Positions 26,722-37,547 of a stretch of 64,000 nucleotides of DNA are shown here, in pieces (position 1 is the stretch's first letter; each line of letters starts with the position of its first letter). Source of the DNA: Gammaproteobacteria bacterium (GTDB taxonomy: Bacteria; Pseudomonadota; Gammaproteobacteria; JAUZRS01); NCBI GenBank assembly GCA_030949385.1, contig JAUZSP010000007.1, positions 67,210 through 131,209 of the forward strand. Reading direction: 5' to 3'. A program made the position numbers and the translations under genes. The notes beneath the pieces are model-generated. The model did not search any database. It was not told the DNA's origin and saw only the letters and a list, made by a program, of their open reading frames with translations.

Positions 26722-28441
26722 CCTCCAACCACCCTTTAACCATATTGGCTACTTTTTTAGGATCTTCTGCCACCAATTCCCGTGCATACTCTATTTTTTT
26801 CTCATACCCTTCTTGAGATTTATCCGTCAACAGAGCCGTCAATTTTTCATCGCCACTGAGTATCACCTCACCCTCGGTCAACTCTCCTTCAATGCCCTCA
26901 GATTTGGCTTGCTCTCGTGCCTCTACTTGATTTTTCTGCGCGGTGAGTTGCTGCTTCTGCTTTAACTCAGCTAACTTCTGACTGTGAGAAACCGCTTTAA
27001 TCAGTGGCCGCACGATTAACAACATCACGATTAACAGAAAGAGTCCAGATAAAACCTGTTTAATCAACTCTTGCAACCACACCTCTTGCCAAATAGGCAA
27101 TTCTGGAATGACTGCAATCTCCTCTTTATGGAAGGCAGAGCTCACCACCAAAACGCTGTCACCACGCTCTTTGCTAAAACCAATCGCCTCTTTAACCAGA
27201 GCGGTAAATTTATCCAACTGCGCCTGATCGTAGCTTGAAGGCTGACGATTGCCCTCTTTGTCCAGTAGAGTGGGCTCATCAATAATGACCGCAGCGGTTA
27301 AACGGGTCAATGTGCCAGAAGCGTGACGAGTACGACTGATCTGTTTATCCACTTCAAAATTACGCGTCGCACTGTGAGTCTGAGTACCCTCGCCTTGCAC
27401 TTCATCAAACGCCTTTTTATCAGTGCTTCCCTCTCCGGGGGGCTGATTACTCAACGCCCCAGGAATGCCCATTGGCTGGTTTGCCCCATTACGCTGATCA
27501 GACACCTGCTCACTGCGCAGCGCCCGCTGTTTCGGATCAAATTGCTCTTTACTGCTCTCACTGCTGGAAAAATCAACCGCCACGCTCACTTGAGCGCGTA
27601 CACGCCCCAAACCCACCATCGGTTCCAAAATACCCAGAATCCGTTGTGCAAAAGAGTCCTCGACTTTTTTGCTGTAATCAAACTGTTTGCCCGTTAAAGA
27701 GAGGTCGCTGTTGCCGCCGTTGTTGGTTAACAACGTGCCATATTGATCAATCACCGTAACCTGCGACGGTTCCAAATAAGCAATACTGGATGCCACCAGA
27801 TGCACAATGGCACTCACTTGTGAGGACTCCAGCGAACGCCCCTGATACAGCTTTACTAATACCGAAGCCGTTGGTTTAATTTTTTTTCTAACAAACACCG
27901 ATTGTTTGTTGATGGCCAAATGCACTCGCGCACTTTCCACCCCCAGCAAGGATGAAACAGAACGAGCCAACTCAATTTCCAAAGCGTGTTTGTAACGTGC
28001 TGATTCAATAAATTGACTGGTGCTCAAACTTTGGTCTTTTTGCAACATCTCCAGACCATTGGCTTTTCCTTGCGGTAAACCTTGAGTAGCTAAATTAAGT
28101 TTAATCTCTCTAATTTTAGCCGTTGGCACCAAAAGATTACCCGTTGCTGGATCAACCCGATACTCTATTTGGCTGCTTTGCAACGACTGCATAATGGCCG
28201 AGGTATCCGCATCGGCCAATTGGGTAAACAGCGCCTGATAACGCGGCTCAACAGTCCATAAAGCCACCACCACCCCGATGGCAATCGCCAGAGCAAGCGC
28301 GATCAATAAACCGACTTTTTTAATCGCCACCGATTCTGAAACACGCTCAACCGTCGCAACAAAACCTTTATCTGCTGAACCATGATTGCCAGCAAGAGCC
28401 GTCGCACCCTCAAGAACCACCGCTTGATCTAAGGCAGGCAT
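26708..28441 (-). CDS. fliF: Flagellar MS-ring protein FliF
   Basis: Two TM helices, ALEIELARS, ARVHLA, ASVLVKL, GIPGALSNQPP. Confidence 0.96.
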   Translation of the reverse strand: MPALDQAVVLEGATALAGNHGSADKGFVATVERVSESVAIKKVGLLIALALAIAIGVVVALWTVEPRYQALFTQLADADTSAIMQSLQSSQIEYRVDPATGNLLVPTAKIREIKLNLATQGLPQGKANGLEMLQKDQSLSTSQFIESARYKHALEIELARSVSSLLGVESARVHLAINKQSVFVRKKIKPTASVLVKLYQGRSLESSQVSAIVHLVASSIAYLEPSQVTVIDQYGTLLTNNGGNSDLSLTGKQFDYSKKVEDSFAQRILGILEPMVGLGRVRAQVSVAVDFSSSESSKEQFDPKQRALRSEQVSDQRNGANQPMGIPGALSNQPPGEGSTDKKAFDEVQGEGTQTHSATRNFEVDKQISRTRHASGTLTRLTAAVIIDEPTLLDKEGNRQPSSYDQAQLDKFTALVKEAIGFSKERGDSVLVVSSAFHKEEIAVIPELPIWQEVWLQELIKQVLSGLFLLIVMLLIVRPLIKAVSHSQKLAELKQKQQLTAQKNQVEAREQAKSEGIEGELTEGEVILSGDEKLTALLTDKSQEGYEKKIEYARELVAEDPKKVANMVKGWLEVDES

Positions 28442-28453
28442 CTATAACAACAC

Positions 28454-28756
28454 TCAGACCGGCATGTTCATAATGTCTTGATAAGCCGATAGGGCTTTAT
28501 TTCGGACTTGCAACAGTGCCTGAAACGCCACCGTCGATTTTTGTCCCGCCACCATCACTTCAGCCAATTCCACCCCCTCAATACCACGCTCAAATTTATC
28601 CGCTAACGAGCCAGACTCTTTCTGCAAATGGTTTACTTGGCCAATCTGCTCTTGCACCAGCTTATAAAAATCGATGCCAGTAGCTTGTTTTGCGGACAGC
28701 TCACTGTTGGAATTCAAATTCAGATTAATGCTCTGTATTGGATTAATTTCAGACAT
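28454..28756 (-). CDS. fliE: Flagellar hook-basal body protein FliE
   Basis: QVRNKALSAYQDIMNMPV C-terminus. Confidence 0.95.
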   Translation of the reverse strand: MSEINPIQSINLNLNSNSELSAKQATGIDFYKLVQEQIGQVNHLQKESGSLADKFERGIEGVELAEVMVAGQKSTVAFQALLQVRNKALSAYQDIMNMPV

Positions 28757-28883
28757 GAGTAACCTCGAAAAATATCAAATAACAGCGAAGAAAACCCTCT
28801 AGAAAAAAGTTAAAGGGTCGTTAAGGTGATAACAGGAGGAGAAGACAACAACGCTCATCGACCGTTAAACACAATCGATATAA

Positions 28884-28900
28884 AGCAGAATCAGTGCCAA
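28884..28900 (-). promoter_or_regulatory. Sigma54 (-24/-12) promoter of the fliE operon
   Basis: Minus strand TTGGCACTGATTCTGCT = GG-N10-GC. Confidence 0.8.
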
Positions 28901-28957
28901 TAAAAAATATACTTATGTAACAGTAGCTTACTTAGACTAGGTGAGCAAACAACCGCT

Positions 28958-30430
28958 TTATGACGCTTCCTCTCGACGGCTGATGCCGTATTTTCGCATC
29001 CGCTCGACCAGTGTGGTGCGCCGCACGGTTAGCAGCTTGGCGGCATGAGCAACCACACCCATTGAATCCTCCAAAGCTTGCTGAATCAGATCTACTTCAA
29101 TTTTCGCCATGTGCTTTTTCAGATCCATGCCACTGCTCGGCAAGCGCACCGCCTGACTCTCAACCATAACCTGAACCTGTTCTGCCATGTGTGAAGCAGG
29201 CTGAATGTCAGGCAACACTGGCAGGCTTTCTATATCCAAATCATCCGGTACGTATTTTTCGGGCAAATCACGCACATCCACCACACCGTAAGGGTGCAAA
29301 ATGGCCATACGCTCCATTAAATTGGCCAATTCACGCACATTACCAGGCCACGAGTAGTGACATAAGGCCGTCACTGCTGCCGGTGTCAAACGCACTGAGC
29401 TATGGAACTCATGCTCCATTCGCGCAATCAACTCCTGAATCAACAGCGGCAGATCATCAATGCGTTCGGCCAAACTGGGCATATCAATGGGGAAAACGTT
29501 CAAACGATAATAGAGGTCTTCCCGAAAATGACCCGCTGCAATCAGCTCACTTAAATTACGGTGAGTCGCAGTCACAATGCGCACATTGGTTTTGATGCTT
29601 TTATTGCTGCCCACCCGCTCAAAACAACGCTCTTGCAACACCCGTAACAGTTTTACCTGCATATTGAGCGGCATATCCCCAATCTCATCCAAAAACAGAG
29701 TGCCGCCTTCGGCCATTTCAAACCGCCCTTGACGAGTGCTGATGGCTCCCGTGAACGCGCCTTTTTCATGGCCAAACAGCTCGCTTTCCAGCAGCTCTGC
29801 GGGAATCGCGCCACAGTTGATCGGTACAAAAGGACCACTGCGCCGAGAAGACAGGTAATGGATGTTGCGCGCTGCCACCTCTTTACCGGTACCCGACGCG
29901 CCCAAAATCATCACCGTGGCTTCGGTGTCCGCCACCTGTTCGATCATTTTACGCACCGCAACAATGCCACGACTGTTGCCCACCATGCTGCGGAACAGCT
30001 CCAAAGAACGCTCTTTTGATCGCTTTTCATCGTCCAATGGCTGCTGCTCTTTGCGACAAAACAGTTCAGCTCGATGCAACAAGTCATTTAAGGCTTCGTA
30101 TTTCAAACCGTGTTTGGCCTGAGTTAAATAACGTTTCCCCAGTTTTTCTCGTCGCCGCTCCATCTCACCCTCTTCTGCTAACAGAATAAAGGGGGGGCAG
30201 CTTTTGTCAGCACTCACTGGTTCCAATTCCTGCAATGAGAATTCATCATAAGCAACAAACACCGCCAAATAATCCTCACCCAGCGCCATATCTTTGACTA
30301 ATGTGGCATCAGAAATCACTTTCGGCTCGTAGTCTAAAAAGGTTAACACCGTTGCTAACGCAGCAGATCGATCTAAATTTTCGTCTAAAATCAATATCTT
30401 GCTTGGGATTGACGCATTTTTTTCAGACAT
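28958..30430 (-). CDS. fleQ: Sigma54-dependent flagellar master regulator FleQ/FlrA
   Basis: FleQ N-terminal domain, [22 protein letters not shown]-terminal Fis-type HTH. Confidence 0.93.
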   Translation of the reverse strand: MSEKNASIPSKILILDENLDRSAALATVLTFLDYEPKVISDATLVKDMALGEDYLAVFVAYDEFSLQELEPVSADKSCPPFILLAEEGEMERRREKLGKRYLTQAKHGLKYEALNDLLHRAELFCRKEQQPLDDEKRSKERSLELFRSMVGNSRGIVAVRKMIEQVADTEATVMILGASGTGKEVAARNIHYLSSRRSGPFVPINCGAIPAELLESELFGHEKGAFTGAISTRQGRFEMAEGGTLFLDEIGDMPLNMQVKLLRVLQERCFERVGSNKSIKTNVRIVTATHRNLSELIAAGHFREDLYYRLNVFPIDMPSLAERIDDLPLLIQELIARMEHEFHSSVRLTPAAVTALCHYSWPGNVRELANLMERMAILHPYGVVDVRDLPEKYVPDDLDIESLPVLPDIQPASHMAEQVQVMVESQAVRLPSSGMDLKKHMAKIEVDLIQQALEDSMGVVAHAAKLLTVRRTTLVERMRKYGISRREEAS

Positions 30431-30643
30431 AAAGTACCCATTCCTTCGATAAATGAAGCTTGGTTCACATACGGGAGAGCCTTACAAAGGCTCGAATGAC
30501 AGACATTATTAACGAATCTCCTAAGAAACACAAATCCTAGGAAATACAACATAGATATTTAAACTCAATCAATTTTCAGGCCAAACGCGCCATCTTAATA
30601 AGAAAAGATGATTGAATTCTTAAGAGAAGGGATGGGATAGAAA

Positions 30644-30979
30644 TTATTTTTTACACCTGTCGTACGCCGCTGCTGCGGAACGCGCTTGTTTTGATTTTGA
30701 AAATTGCTTCGTCACATGACTTCGTTCTGCCTTAGCTCTTTCGATACCAGACAGCAACACGCCTAAACACGCTTGCAAAGACTCTATCTGCTCTGTTTGC
30801 AAGTCCTGATGTAAAGAGCCATCAAAGACTCGCTGGATTAGGCGCAACAACTCTTCATCTCGCACGATAAGCTCTTGCCATGACTGTTTTTCAATCAGGT
30901 CACTGACCTCTTGGCTCAAAGAGGCAATGTGCTGCACAAGATCACTGTCAGCCTGACCCTCTACATTACACTCAAGCAA
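30644..30979 (-). CDS. fliT: FliT-like flagellar chaperone (start uncertain)
   Basis: Helical ~110 aa ORF after fliS; W.EL...DEE...LI and AAAAY patterns; TTG 30979 chosen as start. Confidence 0.6.
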   Translation of the reverse strand: MLECNVEGQADSDLVQHIASLSQEVSDLIEKQSWQELIVRDEELLRLIQRVFDGSLHQDLQTEQIESLQACLGVLLSGIERAKAERSHVTKQFSKSKQARSAAAAYDRCKK

Positions 30980-31346
30980 TTTGATCCCAAGCCCCCTTGA
31001 TCTCCAGTAGCAACCCCGTGACCTCATCCAAAATAGCCACATCGTTGGCCAAACTTGCGCTCAACAATCGTCTTTCAATGTAGTCGTACAACGCCTCAAG
31101 ATGCTGAGAAAGTTCTCCGCCTTTATCCATATCCAAATACGACTTCAAGCTGGCCACAATGGTAATGGCTTGACCTAAAAGCAGCCCCTTTTCCGCAAAG
31201 TGCTTTACTTCTAACTCTTTCTTAGCCGTTGCAATCCGCTGCAACACCCCGTCAAACAGCATCGAAATCAACTTATGTGGGCTAGCTTCCTCAATTTCAC
31301 CGTACAAACCGACCGACTTATACATTTGTGCCGCTGATCCAAGCAT
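30972..31346 (-). CDS. fliS: Flagellin export chaperone FliS
   Basis: ASPHKLISMLFDG, LDMDKGGELSQHLEALYDY, EIKGAW; GGAGG RBS before ATG 31346. Confidence 0.95.
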   Translation of the reverse strand: MLGSAAQMYKSVGLYGEIEEASPHKLISMLFDGVLQRIATAKKELEVKHFAEKGLLLGQAITIVASLKSYLDMDKGGELSQHLEALYDYIERRLLSASLANDVAILDEVTGLLLEIKGAWDQIA

Positions 31347-31371
31347 CACACCTCCTTTAAGGCATTCATCA

Positions 31372-32727
31372 TCATGCATTATCACTGGCTTGCAAACTTT
31401 CTAACTGCTGAGTCAGGAACCCACTTGTGGCTTCCATACCCGCAATCAGCGTATCCAAAGCAGTAAACTGTTTACTCAAGGTGATTTCACGATTCACCAA
31501 ACGACGTTGCATACTTTCAATGCTGGTATCCATATATTTAATTTGATTACCCAGCCCCGTCGTCACCGAATCAATAAACCCTTCTGAGCGGACATAGAGA
31601 TCCATCGCGTCTGTTATCTTGGTTGCCAAGCCTTCACGGGGATCGGAAAAAAAATCCAATGCGTTCTTTTTATCCACCACAGAAAGGTCATTAAATTTTG
31701 AACCATCGAATGACATCTTGCCATAACGATCAAATTCAATGCCCAGCTTATATGCGTTCATACCATTGGCTGACGAACCCAAAGATGAAAATGAATTTCT
31801 TAATTTTTGCTCAATAGAAGAAAGCATGCCTTCCCCCTTCAAACCGTCTGATTTCAAACCCACCATGACATTTTGTAAATTATTATAAGAAGAAACCACA
31901 TCAGCAATGGAGTTTTTAAAAGCAGAATCATCTGAATTCACCGTTAATACCGACGTACCAATGCTTTTTAAATCAAAGCTGACATCCGGAATGGTATCTG
32001 TCAGTGTATTGGAACCTGACGTAACTAAAAAACCATCCACTTTTACTTCGGCATCCAGTGCTGCTGAAATCTCCGTCATATTTTGAGCCCCTAATGGATC
32101 AAACACCAATTGTGACAGTCCATTGGTGTCCGTATCATTGCCATCAGCATCACCACTCACCGTTATTTTTATCGCATTATCCACCCCTGTGTTTTGGGTA
32201 GAGATCATCAAACGACTGCCACCATCCACATTAACAATGTTAGCGCGCACTCCCTCAGCCAACAACGTATCGTTCAAACGGTCACGCAGGTCTTCTAGTG
32301 AGTTAGAACCGGCAACCAAATCAAAATCAAAGGTACTGGTTCCAATGCTGACAGAAAGCCGCCCTTCACCCACAGGATCAGTCGCACTGGCATAAAGTGG
32401 CGATGCAATTTTATGGGATTGAGCAAGGGATAACACATCAATACTGTATTTTGAAACCGAAGGAGTGCCGCTAATCGAAGCCGTAAGCACTGTTTTATCT
32501 GAACTGTTTACCGAGTGAGATTTAATCTTACTGACATCAGAAAATTTTTCTAAAGTAGAATTAAAATTTGACATCATACTTTTTAACATGCCAAACGAAC
32601 TTATTTTAGATTGAATATTACCTTGACGATTTTGCAACTTTACCAGTGGTTGCCGCTCCACATTCATCAACTGACCAATAATGGTTGGCACATCCAAGCC
32701 TGAACCCACACCTGCCGAACTTAACAT
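31372..32727 (-). CDS. fliD: Flagellar filament cap FliD
   Basis: SAGVGSGLD, QLMNVERQP, LAQSHK, KQFTALD motifs. Confidence 0.93.
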   Translation of the reverse strand: MLSSAGVGSGLDVPTIIGQLMNVERQPLVKLQNRQGNIQSKISSFGMLKSMMSNFNSTLEKFSDVSKIKSHSVNSSDKTVLTASISGTPSVSKYSIDVLSLAQSHKIASPLYASATDPVGEGRLSVSIGTSTFDFDLVAGSNSLEDLRDRLNDTLLAEGVRANIVNVDGGSRLMISTQNTGVDNAIKITVSGDADGNDTDTNGLSQLVFDPLGAQNMTEISAALDAEVKVDGFLVTSGSNTLTDTIPDVSFDLKSIGTSVLTVNSDDSAFKNSIADVVSSYNNLQNVMVGLKSDGLKGEGMLSSIEQKLRNSFSSLGSSANGMNAYKLGIEFDRYGKMSFDGSKFNDLSVVDKKNALDFFSDPREGLATKITDAMDLYVRSEGFIDSVTTGLGNQIKYMDTSIESMQRRLVNREITLSKQFTALDTLIAGMEATSGFLTQQLESLQASDNA

Positions 32728-32779
32728 AACGAATACCTATTCATAAAATGACCAAGTTACCCCGTAAATAACCATCATC

Positions 32780-32813
32780 AAAAAAACCAGGCCTAGAAAA
32801 CGAATTCTAGGCC
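32780..32813 (-). terminator. Intrinsic terminator after fliC
   Basis: Minus strand GGCCTAGAA-ttcgtt-TTCTAGGCC-tgg-T7. Confidence 0.75.
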
Positions 32814-32829
32814 AATGTTTATCCTGCGC

Positions 32830-34311
32830 TTAACGCAACAACGCCATCACAGACTGCGGGGCTGAATTCGCCTGTGACACCATCGCCATACCCGCTTGTT
32901 GCAAGATCTTTGCCTTACTCATATTGGCGGTCTCCATCGCAAAATCCGTATCCTGAATACGAGAGCGAGCAGAAGAGATGTTCTCTTTGACGTTATCCAA
33001 ATTACGAATCAGTGATTCAAAGCGGTTCATTTTTGCACCCAACACAGAACGGTCTGTATTCACACTGTCAATCGCTTTTTCGTAAGCCAACATCGCCAGA
33101 CTGGATTCAGCCGCACTGTTAACGGTCATACCACTGACCGAAGCGTTGGTTAAATTATAAGTAACCGGAGTCGCCAAAACATTCGCCACCCCAGTCATCG
33201 CCTCTGAAGCAACACCGGTACTGAAATTAACCGCCGTTGCGTTAAGGTCTTGATTAAGCACCATTAAACCATTAGCACCGGCATCCACCGAAGTCGTACC
33301 GGCTGCAAACCCCGTCACCGCTGCCGCATTGACACCGTTGACGTTCATCTCTACCGCTGATCCAGAGGTGTTGTACAACACCAAACGACTTTGATCTGCC
33401 GCCAAACCCGTATCAATCATGGCTGTAACGCCATGCTGACCTGATTTTGCATTAATATTAGCAACTAAATCCGTCAACCCTGTAGCACCGTCAATGCTGA
33501 TACCGTTAACACTCACTTCCCCCGTGGCCACCACCGCACCGGTAGCAGCGACCAAATTGGCATCGGTTACATCCAAACTGCTGATGGCTGCATTACCATA
33601 ACCGAACGCATCCACACCGTGCGCCGAAGATTGACTGTTAATGGCATTAATTTTAGCAATGGAGTTGGTATTGGTCGCAATGGTTGAGCCTACCGCCACA
33701 CCGTTAATGGTATCGGTGGACGCTACTGCACCTTGAAACTGATTGCGCATTCGATCAGCCAGTGCCATTGAACTCAAGGAAGAGACATCGGCGTAATTAG
33801 ACGCCACACCCATCCCAGTAGGAGAGAGATTGGAGACATCCACACTGATGGTTTCACCGGTTTTTGCGCCCACTTGAATATTGGCGCTAAAACCACCGGT
33901 CAAAAGCTGCTGACCGTTATAACGTGTTTGACTCGTAATACGACTCAACTCATCTTTCAGCTGCGTCACTTCATGGTTCATTGAATCACGATCATTGCTG
34001 TTATTATAACTCGCGCCCTGAACTGAAAGGTCGTGCATTCGATTTAAAATATTACTCATTTCATCCATTGCACCCTCAGCGGTTTGCGCAATGGATATTC
34101 CGTCATTGGCATTTCTCATCGCAACAGTCAAACCACCAATTTGGGTGGTCATCCGAGTACTGATTGCCATCCCTGCCGCATCATCTTTTGCACTGTTAAT
34201 GCGCAGACCCGATGACAAACGCTGAATTGCGGTTGTCATCATGGACTGTGATTTATTCAAATTACGCTGTGCATTCAATGATGCAACATTGGTATTAATT
34301 GTTTGAGCCAT
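32830..34311 (-). CDS. fliC: Flagellin
   Basis: INTNVASLNAQRNL, RLSSGLRINSAKDDAAG, SRIQDTDFA.E, ILQQAG. Confidence 0.98.
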   Translation of the reverse strand: MAQTINTNVASLNAQRNLNKSQSMMTTAIQRLSSGLRINSAKDDAAGMAISTRMTTQIGGLTVAMRNANDGISIAQTAEGAMDEMSNILNRMHDLSVQGASYNNSNDRDSMNHEVTQLKDELSRITSQTRYNGQQLLTGGFSANIQVGAKTGETISVDVSNLSPTGMGVASNYADVSSLSSMALADRMRNQFQGAVASTDTINGVAVGSTIATNTNSIAKINAINSQSSAHGVDAFGYGNAAISSLDVTDANLVAATGAVVATGEVSVNGISIDGATGLTDLVANINAKSGQHGVTAMIDTGLAADQSRLVLYNTSGSAVEMNVNGVNAAAVTGFAAGTTSVDAGANGLMVLNQDLNATAVNFSTGVASEAMTGVANVLATPVTYNLTNASVSGMTVNSAAESSLAMLAYEKAIDSVNTDRSVLGAKMNRFESLIRNLDNVKENISSARSRIQDTDFAMETANMSKAKILQQAGMAMVSQANSAPQSVMALLR

Positions 34312-34353
34312 CTCTACTTCTCCTAAAAAAGAATCACACTACATTCTTTTATG

Positions 34354-34380
34354 CTATCGGTTTATATCTAAGAATCTTTA
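34354..34380 (-). promoter_or_regulatory. Sigma28 (FliA) promoter of fliC
   Basis: Minus strand TAAA-N15-ACCGATAG versus consensus TAAA-N15-GCCGATAA. Confidence 0.8.
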
Positions 34381-34418
34381 TAAAAAAGAAGAGAGGTCAT
34401 GAAGATTGTTGAAAGTTT

Positions 34419-35630
34419 TTATCTTAGAAAATCAAACAGAGATATTTTCTCTACTTTCATAAAAGCCGCTTGCGATGCTTGCAACACCATGCTCTCTTGA
34501 GTTAGCTGAGAAATAGCAGCGGTATAATCAAGATCATGAATTTTTGACAGCGATGTTTTAAGTTGAATCAAGTAAGCATCGTTCTCAATGCTTTGTGAAT
34601 CCAATGAGCTTAAACGCCCCCCCACTTGGGTCTGAAACTCAATGCTTTTTGAGATTGTCGCATCAAATTCAGCGATGCTCTCTGCCAACACCCCAGACAA
34701 ACGTGTATTGCTGTTAGAGACCGACGAACTGGCCGCCAACGCATCAATAAACTTATTCATGCTGGTAAACACATCCTGCTTAACAGACGGCTCCAAAATC
34801 AATTGATCACCTACTTGAGCCGCACCGTGCAACACCACTTTCAAACCATCAAATTCAATCGCCTGCCCAGCAACATAGGTGCTGTTTACCAATACCGTGG
34901 TTGCCGTGGTTGTATCCACAAGATCAAATTGAGTGGGCGTATTGAACGTAATCTGATAGCGATTTTGAGTTTGCAAACTCACATCCGTAACAAAAGCCGT
35001 ACTGGCTGCCAGCGTACCGCCATTATTCAGACCCGCCGTTACCGCCACTCCAGCGGGAGAGTCCACATTCAAAAACAGATCACTGCCCGAATCCGCATCT
35101 TTTACTCGCCGAGAGGGGCTGACCTGAATCTCTCTGATGCCTTGATCGCCTTGAAAAGAGACCCCAGCAAGATCACCACTGCCGCTTTTCGCAAACGCCT
35201 GTGTCCGGCCTTTAAAACCAGAAAAAAGAAAATCGCCGTTAGCATCTCGCGTATTCACCAGCGACAACAGCTCCTCTTTACGCTCCACCACCTCCTGAGA
35301 AACAGCGCTCATCTCCGCCGATGACAGTGAGCCATTATTCGCTTGCAACGCCAAATCTTTCACCCGTTGCAGCAACGAGGTAACATCTGTTAACACCGTA
35401 TCTTCCAGCTCCAAACGCCCTTGTGCCTGATTAATGTTGCTCTGATATTGCTGAGTCTGATCCACAACCTGCTGCAAATTCAAACTTCGAGCCGCATCAG
35501 CTGGATTATCAGACGGACGTAAATTTTTCTGTCCACTGGCTATTTGATGTTGAATATCCGCCAATTTGGTCTGTTGTGCTTGCATTGAACGTAAACTGTG
35601 CTGAAACAACTGCGAGGTAGAGACGCGCAT
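34419..35630 (-). CDS. flgL: Hook-associated protein 3 FlgL
   Basis: MRVST, IASGQK..RPSDNP, DLDYTAAIS, ISLFDFLR. Confidence 0.95.
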   Translation of the reverse strand: MRVSTSQLFQHSLRSMQAQQTKLADIQHQIASGQKNLRPSDNPADAARSLNLQQVVDQTQQYQSNINQAQGRLELEDTVLTDVTSLLQRVKDLALQANNGSLSSAEMSAVSQEVVERKEELLSLVNTRDANGDFLFSGFKGRTQAFAKSGSGDLAGVSFQGDQGIREIQVSPSRRVKDADSGSDLFLNVDSPAGVAVTAGLNNGGTLAASTAFVTDVSLQTQNRYQITFNTPTQFDLVDTTTATTVLVNSTYVAGQAIEFDGLKVVLHGAAQVGDQLILEPSVKQDVFTSMNKFIDALAASSSVSNSNTRLSGVLAESIAEFDATISKSIEFQTQVGGRLSSLDSQSIENDAYLIQLKTSLSKIHDLDYTAAISQLTQESMVLQASQAAFMKVEKISLFDFLR

Positions 35631-35639
35631 TTTTTTCTC

Positions 35640-37517
35640 CTATCGAACCGCATTTAACAGAGTTTGAAACAGACTTTGTGATGTCGAAATCACTTGTGCT
35701 GCCGCTTGATAGGCTTTTTGATAACGCACCAAATTAGCCGCCTCTTCATCCAAATTAACCCCCGCCACCGATTCTCTACGAGCCGTCACTTGATCAAACA
35801 ACGCTTGTTGAGCATCACGATTCATCGCCGACTTACGAGTAACCGACCCCACATTAACCACCAATTCGCTGTACGCTTCTTGAAAACTGCTTGCCCCTTG
35901 ATTTAAAACACCTTGAGACTGCAAGGCCGAAATGGACAACATGGCGCGATTGTCTGCCGTACCCCCAACATTGCTGCCAATATTAAAACGATCTCCAGCG
36001 TTGGCTTGCCCCTGTAGATTAACCTGCCAGCCGTTTAAATTAACATTATCATTACCACTGTACGCCTGCGCTGCGACCAACACCGCTCCCGTAGTGCCAT
36101 CCAACAGAGAATAACGGGTCGGAGGAGCATCAAAAACCAAAGTCACCGGAGCCAAAAGAGCCGCATTACCCACATCATTAATGCTCAAACCCGACAGACG
36201 TGCAGTGCCGCCATTATTAATCTCTGCTGAGGTTTTTAGCGGTGAAGCCGCCGCAATCTCATTGCCGTTTTTTAGCACCGTTGTCAGTGAGGAGGCGGCC
36301 TGTTCCAATGGGTTAATTTGAAAACGATCACCGGCCACTGCGGCGTTATTCACAATCGAAACTGTCACGCCATTCAAAACCAGATCAGGCCCAACACCAC
36401 TCACTTGCGATGCGCCATTGTCACTTGCCAGTGACCAGGCTGCCCCATCGTAAGAGAGCTGATAATTTTGCGTCGTAAGCTGACTCACATCACTGATTTG
36501 CACCGCAACGTTGGCGTTGCCCTGATTGTTTCTATTCGCAAGGGCGCTTGGTTGTGCTGTGCTAAAAAAATCACCGCCCAAATTGCCTTGCAGATCCATA
36601 CCTTGACGGTGCAGTTGATTTACACTCTGCTCGATACCAACGGCAACACGGCCTAAATGGTTTTTCGCCACCGACAACACTTCATTGCGAAAATCCATCA
36701 AACCACCCATCTCCCCGCCCCGAATTTGACTGCTGATGTCACTGCTGCCACCAACGCCCTCATAAACCACCACCAGCTCTCTGGCATCCTCTGCCGACGG
36801 TTTCGTGGTTAATTTAAAACTTTCCACACCACTGACCAAAGTCTGACCATTACCAATAAACACGTTCACTGTGCCATCGCCGTTATTTGAGGTTTTTACC
36901 GCCACTTTATCGGCCAACAGGGTCAGGAGGTGATCCCGTTGATCCAACAAATCTGGTGAAGCACCCTCTGCGCTGCCCATTAATTTTCCATTCAAACCCT
37001 GAATGCCTTCTGCCAAACCGTTAATTTCATTTACCAATTCAGACACACGACCATTAAGGTATTGGCCTTGGTCGTTAAACTGACGATCCAAACTTTGAAA
37101 ACGGCTGCTCAACGCCTCAGATTCACTCAATAAAGCAATACGTGTCGAACTGGCACCAGGGTCACTGGCCACATCTTGCAACGCCGAAAAAAAGTTTTGC
37201 AACGCGGGCGTCATACCCCCTTGAGGATCAGCCAAAATGTCATCAATCGTACGCGCCATATCGTTAAAGGTCTGCAAACGGCTGCTCTCAGAACCGGACT
37301 GCTGTAATTGACTGCTCCAAAACCCTTCATACACTCTCTGTGCATCACCTCCAAAAACCCCTGAGCCGGTATTTTTGCCACTCACAGCGGCCTGTAATTC
37401 AACACTCTGACGGCTGTAACCGGCCGTACTCACATTGGCAATGTTATGTCCCGCCGTTGCCAATGCGCTTTGGTTGGCCAGCACACCCGACAAGCCTATT
37501 GATAATAAATCACTCAT
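35640..37517 (-). CDS. flgK: Hook-associated protein 1 FlgK
   Basis: GHNIANVSTAGYSRQ, DLLDQRD, GVNLDEEAANL..YQ.AYQAAAQVI. Confidence 0.96.
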   Translation of the reverse strand: MSDLLSIGLSGVLANQSALATAGHNIANVSTAGYSRQSVELQAAVSGKNTGSGVFGGDAQRVYEGFWSSQLQQSGSESSRLQTFNDMARTIDDILADPQGGMTPALQNFFSALQDVASDPGASSTRIALLSESEALSSRFQSLDRQFNDQGQYLNGRVSELVNEINGLAEGIQGLNGKLMGSAEGASPDLLDQRDHLLTLLADKVAVKTSNNGDGTVNVFIGNGQTLVSGVESFKLTTKPSAEDARELVVVYEGVGGSSDISSQIRGGEMGGLMDFRNEVLSVAKNHLGRVAVGIEQSVNQLHRQGMDLQGNLGGDFFSTAQPSALANRNNQGNANVAVQISDVSQLTTQNYQLSYDGAAWSLASDNGASQVSGVGPDLVLNGVTVSIVNNAAVAGDRFQINPLEQAASSLTTVLKNGNEIAAASPLKTSAEINNGGTARLSGLSINDVGNAALLAPVTLVFDAPPTRYSLLDGTTGAVLVAAQAYSGNDNVNLNGWQVNLQGQANAGDRFNIGSNVGGTADNRAMLSISALQSQGVLNQGASSFQEAYSELVVNVGSVTRKSAMNRDAQQALFDQVTARRESVAGVNLDEEAANLVRYQKAYQAAAQVISTSQSLFQTLLNAVR

Positions 37518-37547
37518 TACAGTCCCACCTTTTTCATTTTATAGGTA

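Noticed and set aside
30519-30547. Imperfect 13-bp direct repeat TCCTA(A/G)GAAA(C/T)AC upstream of fleQ
   Set aside because: Could be a transcription-factor site but matches nothing I can name; low complexity
30575-30595. TGGCGCG candidate sigma54 site upstream of fleQ
   Set aside because: GG-to-GC spacing is 8 nt, not the required 10
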